NCBI GenBank assembly: GCA_965153455.1
Contig: OZ234493.1
Coordinates: 22,248,213-22,312,212, forward strand
Reading direction: 5' to 3'
DNA: 64,000 bases
Origin: Sphagnum compactum
Lineage: Eukaryota
Shown: positions 13,501 through 25,645 of the stretch, in pieces
Layout: every line of letters begins with the position of its first letter
How positions within the stretch are numbered: position 1 is the first letter of the stretch
Notes under the pieces: generated by a model
Seen by the model: the letters and a program-made list of their open reading frames with translations, nothing else
The model's database searches: none
What the model was told of the DNA's origin: nothing
Program-made: the position numbers and the translations under genes

Positions 13501-14448
13501 TTGAACTTAAGTGTTCTTGCAAGCTTTTCATGCATTTCCTTGCACAACTTGTTTCATGCTATTGGTGATGGGTTTAAGTCCTAAATTACTTAATTTCTTC
13601 TTCTAATGCTCCTAATTGTGCGTTATGTGCTTTTGGGTATTGTCTTTTGTTTGGACTTTGATCCTTTCTTTTTTCTTCTCTTATTCCTTTGTCGTGTGTT
13701 ATTTATTTATTTACTAAACACAAATTTTAAATCTGAATTTTGTTGGAATGATCATCATAACCTAACCAAGTTGCAATCCGACTTTTTTCAAATTAAAATT
13801 AAAATTCTCTTGTTTTAAATAAGTTCAAGTTTGTTAAGTAGGTAAATATAAGCTTGGCCTTACATTTTAGGCAAGTTATTATGTTTAATTAGTTGTACAT
13901 AACTAATATTATTTAATTTCTATTTTGAATTATGTGAATTAATTGAACAAACTAATATTAAACCAAAAAAAAAAAAGACTAGTTATGTGTAATGGAGAGG
14001 GAAACCATATCTTTAAACTAGACCAAACCAACTCTGATTTTTTTGAAAATGATCAGAATCAAATATTTTTTAAATCCAAAAAACTGGCCTCAAAAACGGA
14101 CTGGAGGTTCCATAAATAATAATAATAATAATTTAAAAACAACAAAGTCCTTGTTTTTCCGATCTGCGATGTCTTTTTTGTATTTTGGGTCACAAGTTTG
14201 CCCTAAAATTACGTACTGCGCTCCTCGTCGCCCGTTCAAATCGGTTGTTCCAATTGTTCCATCTCTGTGAGGCAGCAAAATCCATCACCTCGGCCGGATT
14301 GCATTGCAAGCATCTGGATTCTGACGTCGAGAACGATATCTGGAAATTACTACGTAAGGCGAAGAGGAAGTGATTTTATTTTCTTTCTCGTGTGTGTTGG
14401 TGATCGTCATCGGTTGGAGAACGGTGGGGAAGAAGGAAAGTTGCAGCC

Positions 14449-17400
14449 ATGTCTATCGAGGCGCAGAAGCAGATCCGTGAGAACACTATGGTACTTAGTA
14501 CTTTTTACCTCCTGCCGTTCGTCTTATTGTTTCTTCAGTGTTTGTCGTATGATGATGTGGCCGAGTGTTTTTACGCTATTCTACTCCTTAACGCTGAAAG
14601 CCTGTGTCAATTCTCGGCGGAGACATGTAATATTGTCCATGCTTTGCGAGGAAGCAATGTGTCAAAAATACCTCAACCGGTTTTTCCCGGCGTGTTTCTT
14701 TCTTTCTTTCTCTGCTTGTCTCGTTCTTCAGTCCGACTTCAGACTCGCAGACCTGTTTGCACCACCTCAATGCACTCATACGGCGTTGGTTGTAATACTG
14801 GACTGCAGTGTCGATGACAAACAAATGCAGTTATAAAACCCCGTCAAAAGAAGCATATCCTTTGCTGATGCCTACAAAACCCTAGAATTCGTGATGTACC
14901 CTAAGTTTTGCATTTCTCTGTACACAATCCTGTTTCTTCTGCAAGGACTTGGGGATTAGCTTAGGTCATCTTTTGCATTGATTAGTGTGGATATTCGCCT
15001 GCTGTTCTTATTGGCAAGCTTTTGTTGCTTTCTTATTTGGTATCTCTTTTAAACAGGCCAATGACTCTCAATCATTTCTGTAATCATCTTATTGAATTTC
15101 CAGTAGTTCTCTATTTCTGAATCTCATGAATAGGTACTGCCATACATGATGAAGGTGATGGTCTGATACCATGTGAGAGAGACACTCACAAGGTTATGAC
15201 TGCACTCATTCTTATTGTGTTTGTGTTGGTTTGGCAGGAACTGACACAATAGTTCAAAGTGGGATTGTGGAATTTCTTATGCAAATCTCTAGATATGTTC
15301 ATGGTTGGACTCCAGCAGTATAAGAAATCGTATCAAAATTCTTTGTCCAAATAGTTTCTGCAAAGCCCTGTGTTTGGTGGTAGATTGCAAGTCTTTAGTT
15401 AGAGTCAGCACAAGCCATAACAGCAACAGAAAAGGTTCATAGAATTTTCTTCAGAAATGTTCTTTCACATCTGTGAGAGACTGTGCCAGCTCTTTACATT
15501 TTAACAGTTGAAAAAGAATACCTGCGAGTCTTTGTACAAAATGCACACATATGTTCACCACTACTATTGTCACCTTGGCAGGAGCTGCATGAGTTTCTGA
15601 AGGACTTGACAGACTGGGAACAGACTGTGAAGATTAAGGAGAAGAAGCTGGCCAGTGGTACCACCAAGGACAGTGTATGCACCTTTCTCTACCAGTCCCT
15701 TTTCAATAAGTACAGCATTGGACTGTATTTGGGTTACATGGTCTCCCTCCATATACCAAGTTCTCTGAGATTGTGCTTGCTGTTCTTTCAAGTGTTTGCT
15801 GTGTCACGATCCGCATGCAGGGCCTGCTGCCTGTTAGGGGTCAAGCTCAAATCGCTCAGGGAGAAGAGGATGATAACAAGGACACTGGTGGTGTTGGAGA
15901 TGACAAACCCTTGAAGAAAGCTGCAGGCTCATCAGGGCACACATATGATTACTTCAGGAATAAGTGGGATAACTTTGATGTAGTATGCATTGAAACCCTG
16001 GGCAGCCCTAAAACCTTCTCTTGTTTGCTCCATGCTTCAAAGATTTATGACTATTGTTTACATATATGATTAGAAGAGGTCTCACCAGGCACTTGAATTT
16101 ATTCTGTTTTGTTGTCCACATTGTGTTCAGTAGGAAGCAGCATTGAAGGAGGTGGATGAAGAGCCTGCAAAGAAAGCTCATTCACAAAAGCCAATGCAAT
16201 CGGTGAAGAGGAAGTCAGTGAATACAAAGGGAAAACTTCCAGACATTTCTCAAAAGCCCACCACTTTGCCAAAATCATCTTCAAATAAGAGCTCCAGTAG
16301 TCTGGGTGCTGCAGCAGCAACCATTGATCGTATGTCAAATGTATTTGGTCTTGACGAACCTGTCCCAGATGCATGGTCAGAGAAGGACCTTGTATGTACT
16401 CTGAATCTCCCTTATCTACTAATGGTTTAGTTCAGCATTTTTCTCAAATAAAATTTCAACCTGAGGTTCTTTCCAGAGCTTGGTGGAAATGAACAGCACT
16501 GTCTGTTTTCAAATACTCATTTTTTCTGTTCAACTATCAGGAGCTCTGATGTATGGCAGTTGTTGCATGTCCAGGGAAATAAGTATTTCAAAGAAGGCAA
16601 GTATGTACAAGCAATTGATTGCTATTCTCGGAGCATTGCTTTGCAGCCCACTGCAGTTGCATTTGCAAATCGAGCTATGGCTTTACTCAAGATAAGAAGG
16701 TGAACCTCCATACATCCTATTTCATCTTTGTGTCAGCGTTGTTCAGATGCTCCAGCATTATCCAATCAGTACCATTTTGGCAAAGGACGCCTTGAGCTTG
16801 TATCTATATGACAATGACATGCATTATTGTTGTCATTAACATGTGCTTCTGAACCAGATATGCAGATGCAGAGGTGGACTGCACAGAAGCCATTGAGCTT
16901 GATGATCACTACACAAAGGCTTATTCTCGTCGTGGCACTGCACGCAAAGAGCTCAAGAAGTACCTTGCTTCTGTGGAAGGTCTGGCAATGACTATGGCTT
17001 TGATTAGCTTACTTTGCAAGTGACCAGATTTCACCCTGTTCTACTGGAAATGTTGATGTCCTTTGACAGTGTAGTTGACAACATGGCATGGTTCCTTGAG
17101 TTGTCAACTTAGATGTCAGACTTAAATTACATAACTGTAATGATGGACAGATTTTGAGTTTGCCTTACGCTTGGAGCCTGAAAACAAGGAGCTGCGAAAA
17201 CAGTATCTTGAAGCCAAGGAGACCTATGAAAAAGTGAGTTTCCCTCTTTGCAGTCTTTCCCAATCAGTCTTTGTTTTTGTTCATGTCCGGTTTGATGATT
17301 CAACCAGGACCTTCATGACAGTTGCATGATTTAGCCCCTTTGGTGCAAATACTCATATTACCCTACGTCATATGTGAGTACTGAGGATGTAGTGAGCAGA

Positions 17401-19362
17401 AGGTTGTGTGTTCATCAATCTCCTCTTAGGTCTTTGGATGCCAACTGATCTGCCAAGGTATCTCACCATTTTTATCAATGGTTCCAGTGATTAGGTTAGG
17501 TTTAGAGATGGGGCAGGGAGTGTTTAAGAGGACTTGGACCTCTTTATTGGACAGTGCAAAACCTGTAGGGTTATCCCATTTGTGCAAATAATAATTATGT
17601 TTACATAATGGTTTTCTTGAAATTTTGGGCTGATCATTAATACTTATGTACACCCCCCCCTCTAGAGATCTGGTGAAGTCAGTAGGGAGTCATGGCAGCT
17701 TGTCAGTGCTGCGCATGGTCTGACAATTTGTGAGTGACACTCATAAGGTTATGGGCACACTCATTCTTGTTGTTGTGCTGGTTTTGCTGGAACTGATAGG
17801 ACAGTTACTCCTATGTGTTGTTGTGGAGTTTTATCTATAATCTCATAGATATGTTGGCCTGCAGGAAGTGAAGGCGATGCCAGTGCAAAAAAAAGTTCCT
17901 TTGCTTGTCCAAGAAATCAAAGAAACACCAAATCTTCCACAAAGATCATCAACACAGGAGTTGCTAACTTCAATACAGGAACCTCCTACCTCTGCACCTG
18001 CAAACCCACTTGTTGGTCTAAATCCTGCAGACAAGAGTTCAAGAAGTCCTGTGGAACAAATGAAATCTGCTCTTCCTGCTTCTGGACAGAGTGTTCTTCA
18101 TCCTAATTCCAATCCCCTCCACCCAGACTTATCAGGCATTCTGGAAACTCCACCAGCTCCTTCACCAGTAACAAGCTTGCCTAATGCCTCTGTTTCTGTC
18201 CCAACTGTTTCAACAAGTCCTTCAGTTGCAAAGTCATCTACACAAATGGAGGGCCCTAATAAGCAGGTAGCAAGGGCTTCCTGTTTTGTTTTTATCACAA
18301 CAGTGGAACTATATGTTAAGATGGTGATTCTCAGGTACACTGAAGGCTTCCTGGTACAGATGTCAATGAAAGATAAGTTATCAAAATATCTGATCAAAGA
18401 TTTGTGATGTGTGCAATGTACAGGCCAAAAGAGTGGACAGTGCACTTGCTGCTGAGGTGGTCTTATCCACACAGGCAGCAGCTGCACGTGCAGCAGTGAA
18501 AGTAACAGCTGGGCTGGGAAAGAACTTGGTCAGTCCCAAGACCTCATATGAATTTGAGGCTGTGTGGAAAGGATTATCTGGAAATCGCTCCTCCCAGGCG
18601 CATCTACTAAAGGTCCGCATCCTTCCTTTTTAAAGATTTTGGTTGATTTATGCAAGTCTGAAGGTGAATTCAAAGAACCATACTGATGGATGGCCCAATG
18701 AGGTGTTCTCATGTTCTTTGCAGGTTTCTTGACATTAGCATAACACTTCATTGGCTAAATGCGTATTCTTTTCTCTTAGGACCTTCACCATCTGGTTTGT
18801 TGGAGTCTACAGATTATGGATCCACTATCATTGCCAAAGCTGTTCAAGGATTCCTTGGGGGCACCATTGTTGATGGAAATTATCCAGTCGCTTCCTCTTC
18901 TCCTTCAGTGAGCTCCTCCCCCTTACATTATTCTCAGCCTGCATAGAACAATTGAGGCTTTTCTGATGTTTAGCTCTCTTCCATTCGCGGACTATCTCCT
19001 TATCTGCATCCATCTTTGGTGATGCAACTTGTGTTTCTATTGACATATTCCTCCTGCAGAGACAATGCTGGTTTGGTGGTCAATATACTGGAAAACTTGT
19101 CAAAGGTTGGACGATTCAGTATGACAGTAATGTTCCTGACTGTCAACGATAAAGCTGGTAAGATTGTCCATTAGATCTCTCAGCTTCTTACAGACACAGC
19201 TATCGATGCATTTGGAGTTGAGCAATTTCTCTCATACCAGTGTCTTGGATCTGTATGGCAGTGATACGTCAGCTCTGGGACAATGTGCTTGCGTCTCCCA
19301 ATGTTTCTGAGGAAGAACAAGATCGACTTGGATCACTTAAACCAAAATATCGTCTTCAATAG
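14449..19362 (+). CDS. RPAP3: RNA polymerase II-associated protein 3-like TPR co-chaperone (R2TP subunit), 12 exons, ~589 aa
   Basis: Exons 14449-14490, 15582-15674, 15821-15982, 16134-16391, 16575-16699, 16858-16979, 17151-17233, 17865-18266, 18424-18612, 18813-18907, 19060-19157, 19262-19362 sum to 1770 nt. Features: N-terminal QIRENTMELHEFLKDLTDWE and WDNFDV; carboxylate-clamp TPRs (KDLGNKYFKEGKY..AFANRAMALLK..KAYSRRG); a Pro/Ser-rich linker; and the RPAP3_C domain (PKTSYEFEAVWK..LPKLFKDSL..LSKVGRFSMTVMFL). Confidence 0.93.
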
Positions 19363-20148
19363 GAAAGCTTAGAAGTTAACCTGGAAAAGTCCAGATGCAT
19401 ATGTGGAGTATCATGCAGTTCACATGATATGTCAATGTCTGATACTGTAATCCTGCAGGTATGTACTAATGACAAACTTTAACAACAAATCTCAGTACAA
19501 TTCAATCCAGAAAGCATGTGGTGCAAAATGATATCTGCTTCAGTTCAAGCATTCACTGGTGATAAAATATGGTAGGGTGCAATTATATATACACAGGTAG
19601 GAGATCATCATTACAGGTTGACTACAAAAGCATATAAAATATGGAATGAAATGTTTCATATGCAGATGGGATAACTTCAGTGGTTTTTGTATGGGCTGGA
19701 CTGCATAGCAACAATACATGTCAGCACTCTTTGGATGAAATGTGATGGGGCTAAACCATTGGCAGGACTGTAATTGGAGGGCAGGGTGCATAGTATCTTA
19801 CCAAATCATGTCATGAAAATAGAGAAAATGGAGGTCAGGGTGCTTTGTTCGTTCCCAAGGACAATAAAGTAGAAGTTGAAAAGTTTTCAGAACTTTGTGA
19901 GTCTTAAATACAATTTTTCTTATATAACTAAATGACCCTCCAACTAGTCACTTACACTGAATTGAGTATGGGTTCACACAATAGAGCATACTGACTGGCC
20001 ACATTTTTGGATCCAAACCCACCACACTAATTAACTGCAATAAACAGCCTATTCTCCTTAGTTACCCATATGAGTTCCCGATAGAGGTTTTACAGTTCAT
20101 CTTCTTCGCAAATGCAGTTCTAACATGAATACTATAAGATATAAGACC

Positions 20149-23100
20149 CTAAGGAGCTGAGTCCAGTATCTCAAAGTCAGAAAATGGAGATCCTGGATCC
20201 CGCCACTCTGCCCAATCTTCTGATGCACTGCTGTCTCGTCTGGAGGTGAGAAAAGGAAGCTCTTTGAGGGTAGAAGGCAAAGGCAAAGGGTCTTCTTGAA
20301 AGTAAGAGTCCCCTAAAGCTGCTTCAGCACTGAGTCTCTGAGCTGGATCATACACGAGAAACTTCTTGAGAAACCGAAGTGAAGATGGAGATGCATGTGG
20401 AAGTAGCTTCCGGAATGGAAGTGGGGCCCTTTCATCGTGGAAAGAAATCTTATCAAAATCATGCAATTGAGAAATTCCTGGCCAGACTTTCTCATTCGGT
20501 GCACCCAGCACACGCACCACCCTGCTCAGCTGATCAATATCTGTAATCCCAGGAAACAGAGGTTTCCCACCTAAGAGTTCAGCAAAAATGCACCCCACTG
20601 CCCACATATCCAAAGCTTTCCCATACTTTCTTGCCCCATACAACAATTCTGGGGCCTTGTACCAGAGTGTTCCAACAAAAGGGCTCAATTCAGAATTCTG
20701 ATCCCCAATCTCACTTGAACCAGTTGAATCAATCCCCTTTTGCTGGCTGTGAACACCAGTTTCATGGAACCTGAAATCATAACCCATATCACTGCGATTC
20801 AATCTTGAAGGCATCCCACTTTCAGGCTCCCTTATGAGGACTTGGCTCCCAATCCCTGTCCGTCTTTCCCCATCAACATTGTCATTCGGTCCACCATGTT
20901 TCACATACGAGTCATACACATCTGGAGGTCTATACCATCTTGTCTCTACTGCAAAGTTCCAATCCTCAGTCCCATCGATTTGATTGCAGCCAGCAGCCTC
21001 TCTGAGATCCTCCAGGTTTGATCCATGCTCATCAAAACACCCATTTAAGCCATTGCCATCTTCCCTAGCAACATCACCAGACCAATTTGCATTGTTCCAG
21101 TTCTCATTTCCTCCACGATGCCCCTCACTCACATCATCAGCAGATCCCCCATGTTGTCGGGATCCATCCCAAAAATGCACAGTTTCCCCCCGCTGCTGCT
21201 TTCCTTCTGCAAGAACTGATGGATCCTCTTCACTTTGAAACTCTTTTGTGAATCTAGTTACGTTCTTGTCCACACTCCCAGGCAAAGCCCAAGTGGTACC
21301 CTGTCCTTTCTCCACACCTAATGTTATGCTTTTGCTTCCAGATGCATCTAGTGCAGGGTCCAATTGCAAATTTGCTGGAGGAAGTTCTACATGGTTATGA
21401 GAACCAGCATAATCAGGATTTGTTGGAACACGGGCATCTCTTTTCTGCACACCAGATCTCCCATGCTTCCCATACAAAATTCTGTTCCGGACAATCTCCA
21501 GTTCAGTTACCTGTGCATCTATTTCCATGGCCTCAACTGGGTGGTTGTCATCCTCCACACCTGAATTATATTCTCCAAGGGGTTCATCTCTTCTTACTGC
21601 TGGAGCCACCTCCTCGGTTGCACTTTCATACTTATTTGCTTTCCTTCTCTTCGATTCACTACCTGTATCCAGCTGCTGAGCTACATTGCCATGGGTGACA
21701 CAGCTAAGAGAAGCACTTCCTGATCCTGAGCACTGCTTACAATCTCCATGCCCAGTCTCCACATCTCCACTTCCAGTGTCATTAGGTTCAAAGACATCCT
21801 TTTCCACATCACAGCAAGCATCTTCCTTGAACTTAGGCATCAGTTTTATCAAACCAGGATCTGCTGCACATATTTCATCACCCATGAGGGGCCTGATACC
21901 TAAATCATTCATGTGCCTCTCATCCTGTTTCTCAACTGCAATTCCCTCACGATTGATCAAATCTGAACTGTTCCCTGGCACTGAAGCTTCTTTTTGGTCT
22001 ATATCTCCTAATGCTGTTCCAGAAATGACCTCTTTGCCAACATGAGCGACCCCCTCCTCCCCAGTTGAAGTAGCTACAACCATCCTTGTGTCACCCTTTC
22101 CATTGCGTGAAGGACTCAATCCCTGTAAGGCCAGAAAGAGCTCAGAGTTGAGATATAGCCACATATAACTCTCAAGATTGTTAGTGTACAAAAAGGATTT
22201 TCAGGACACTCATCTGTATTGTATACAAAAAGAGTCGCAGCTCTTAGACATGCCAACTTTGGTACATGGGTGTAACAACCTTGCCTCACAATTTGAACCA
22301 TTCACTGGCACTGAAGTACTAAAAGGATATCAGACATGCAAATGGGGAAAACATTTTCCCTGACTCTGTTTCCTAGATGCAAAAGATGCCCAAAGAGATA
22401 GATCTGTCCCAGGATGTCTCTACTTATCTGAGAGACCTGTGCTCCATATTAGCCTGAGACTGACTTTTTCCTACTTGGTTGGGGTACAACCAGGTAAGAA
22501 TTTTTGCTATCCATATTTGCTAAGATGTATCCACAAATAATGCATCATCACACGTAAACAAATTGCTAGGGGCAGCAGCATAGGAACAGAAGTGAGACTC
22601 AGGCAGAACATCCTTACCTTGCCCTGTTTATGGAGTATCCGACCTCGCCGCTTAAGGAAGCTCCGGACTTTATAAAAGAAGTCATTATCTTTCTCTCGAG
22701 AAGATCCTAGCCCTACTTCAGTTAAATCCTCCTCTGTCAACACCCAGTCCCTCCGGCTGGATTCCTCAGATATGTCATCTACCCTGTCTACTCCTGCAAA
22801 ATGGTTACTCCTCACCACATGAATTAGGTATCCTGCCTTCCCTGCTTTGCAACTGAGACTCCTGCAACCCCCAACCTGCAGTTTTACTTCACCATCTGGT
22901 CCATGCACCTGTGTCTTGTCATCCACACTCTCCGAGCAAAAACACCCACAACCATCTTGTTCCAGTGTCTCCAGACAATCTTTCACAAGCCCTGCCAACA
23001 TCATTGGTCCAAATCAGTATGTTGAACTGGGTTTTTGGACCAGAGTCACCCCATTAAAAGCCTTGGAGAGATTTCTCTCCTCTGAAACAACAACACATTC

Positions 23101-24425
23101 AGCAGTGCAGTATTTTCCAGATAGTATATGAACTAGGGATGAGCAGGACAGAGATGCAACACTGTTTGTGCAGGTGGCAGCTAAGAGACTTCTAGTGTAA
23201 AGTGGTATTATTTTATCAAGTAGAGGATGTTATGCAGAAAACCAAAACCATCATTAGGGCAACAAGGTGTTTCGACCTGCAGCAGAGGATAGTCTCAAAT
23301 GCCCCCTGACCATAATGCCAACTGATCAAGTTGAAATCGCACAAGTTACACATCACAGCAAGGTGAGATCATCTCCTACATGCAACAGTGTGTTCATGCT
23401 CCCACAGAGTATTATTACCTTCTTCCTCAAGGGGGATGCAATCCTTAACAAAATAGTCTTTGAGAGTTTTGTGGGTTCCTCTATGATGATGCTTCTTCCC
23501 TTCGCCTGCCAAGTCCACTGTCGAATTGAGTGAATCCGCGCCACAAATCCATGTGTTTTTGCACTCACTCCCCACATCACGGTTCACAGAGCTTGAACTG
23601 TTTACCTTCTCGGCATTGAAAAGAACCCCTTCATGACCTGTGATGGAACATCATTCCTTAGTATCAGTTGAAGCATGGCTTGGAACAAAAAAAAATTAGG
23701 GCACAAGCTGCAATCCAGAGAGCTCTTTATTTCACAAACTTATACTTCTGTCTAGACTCTCTGGTCCAAACTGAGGTCTGGAAAACACTATTGAGGTTTG
23801 AGTCTGGAATCACTTGCAAGGAGGTGATGAGCACTAAGTTACTATTAGGTTGGGCCTGAATGCACCCACCTGCGGTCCAGTCAAAAGCTCCAACCATGCA
23901 TGGGTCAGATGGCCAATTGCTCCCATCTTCTTCATAGACTGTCCTCGCCTGGCCGAAGTCAGCAACCTTGAGGGATCCGTCGGCACCCACCAGCATATTG
24001 GAGGGCTTCAAGTCCCGGTGAAGAATCGAAGCCCTGTGACAAGCCGCAACCCCAGCCAGGATTTGCAACATCCAGCCCTTAATCTCCGACTCCCGCAGCG
24101 GCCTCTCGCTTTCCTGTATCACTTGCGCCAGATCCGTGGGCAGATACTCCAACACGAGAACGAGATTAGGCCCCTGTAGAAAATACTCGATCAGCTTCAC
24201 CACATTGGGATGCGCTAGCACCATCAACGCTTCCAGCTCACGGCTGGAGCATTGCGGATCTCGCGTCTCCTTCATAGCCACAATCAACCCGTCTACCTTC
24301 CGTCGCCCCTTGTACACTTCCCCAAAAGTCCCCTCCCCAATTCTCTCAAGCACATCGTACCTGCTGAAAAGCTCAGGGTTTCCTTTCATGCCCCCTGCGA
24401 AGCTCCAATCACTACCACTCTCCAT
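20149..24425 (-). CDS. CDKF: Cyclin-dependent kinase F-type (CDK-activating kinase) with a very large activation-segment insertion, ~1040 aa
   Basis: Exons on the minus strand: 24425-23870, 23637-23419, 22991-22618, 22122-20149 (3123 nt, phases 1/1/0 consistent; the two middle exons are less certain). Exon 1 has GEGTFGEV, VAMKE, a non-PSTAIRE helix (DPQCSSRELEAL), HRDLKPSN and DFG. The last exon has VGTLWYKAPELLYG, DMWAVGCIFAE and YDPAQRLSA. Confidence 0.88.
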
Positions 24426-24593
24426 TCTCTCCCTACTCCCCCACCCTCACCCCACTCCACCCCAGCCGCCCCCAAAACAAATCGATCTCGAAGCTTGAAA
24501 GCTTGCAGCGACGATACAAAAACCCTAAAAAATCTATCGTCACGATCTGAGCCCGAGAGCTTGCAAACAACATATGGAACTGCCAACAAACTC

Positions 24594-24803
24594 GCAGCAG
24601 CAGCAGCAGCAGCAGCAAAGTACAAAAACAACTTTGGTAGATAATTCTATCACTTCAAGGAAAGATTTTAAAAAATGAGAATTCTTCAAGGAAATTCTCA
24701 ACTCGCCCACACCCATGGAAGGATCTCCACAGCCGAGAGGGAGATGATGATGCTACCACATGGCGATCCAAAGACGAAGGGAAGAAGGAATTGGGTTCTT
24801 TAG

Positions 24804-24840
<37 letters not shown>

Positions 24841-24997
24841 TTGTAGGAAACGGGCAAAGTCTTCAGACAAGCCAACCGTTCTAAATTTCGCATAGGTAGG
24901 TAGGTAAGTAGGTAGGTCAGTCACACTGTGGCCTTGCCATTTAGATGGAAAAAGTATCTTAAGGGCAAAAGAAGAAGAAGAAGAAGAAGAAGAAGAA
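24594..24997. repeat. Microsatellite cluster upstream of CDKF: (GCA)n, (TG)n, (AGGT)n, (GAA)n
   Basis: Visible runs at about 24594-24617, 24807-24837, 24894-24917 and 24971-24997. Confidence 0.9.
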
Positions 24998-25042
24998 TTA
25001 TGGAAACTCAATTATATTTCACCATGCAAAAAAAATATTATT

Positions 25043-25416
25043 AATCTTCAAAAAAAAAAAACCTCTAAAAGAAACCCAAAATCCTTCTAGATATATATAT
25101 TATAACTCTATAATAACTAATATCTCAAGTTTCAACACAAGCCCAAAATATCATCTTTCAAAAATCCTCATATTAAAAAAAAAGAGACCTATTGTTATTA
25201 CCTACTAGTAGGGGCCAAAATCCCTTAAGCTACTATTATACTCTATAATGAATCTCAACACAATATCCTTGCCATAATATAATCTTCAAAAAAAACCTCT
25301 TAAAAAAAAACCAAAATCCTTCAAGATATATTAAAACTCTGTAATAACTAATCTCAAGTTTCAACACAAGCCAAAAATATCATCTTTCAAAAATCCTCAT
25401 ATAAAAAAAATAGACC
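25043..25416. repeat. Direct repeat of ~140 bp, two copies 238 bp apart
   Basis: aatcttcaaaa..cctct..ccaaaatcctt..ataactaa..tctcaagtttcaacacaagcc.aaaatatcatctttcaaaaatcctcatat occurs at 25043 and 25281. Confidence 0.85.
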
Positions 25417-25504
25417 ATGCACGAGGAACCTGGCCACACAAGGAGGATGGCCAATACTGAAAAGATAAAGCATGTGAGAGTCATGTGAGACGAGCATCTC
25501 AGGG

Positions 25505-25645
25505 AAGCTATTGATGTCAAGACTAGTGTTGGCAAGTTTTTTACTTCATGAAAGCTATTGATGTCAAGACTAGTGTTAGCAAGTTTTGTACTTCATGAAA
25601 GCTATTGATGTCAAGACTAGTGTTGGCAAGTTTTTTACTTCATGA
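25505..25645. repeat. Tandem repeat, 47-bp unit x3
   Basis: aagctattgatgtcaagactagtgttggcaagttttttacttcatga at 25505, 25552 and 25599; nearly identical. Confidence 0.95.

Noticed and set aside
14267..14836. 189-aa and 122-aa ORFs at the RPAP3 5' end as separate genes
   Set aside because: Only 14449-14490 fits RPAP3. The rest is UTR or read-through into intron 1.
25505..25645. CRISPR-like 47-bp repeats
   Set aside because: Contiguous, nearly identical units without spacers; a simple tandem repeat.
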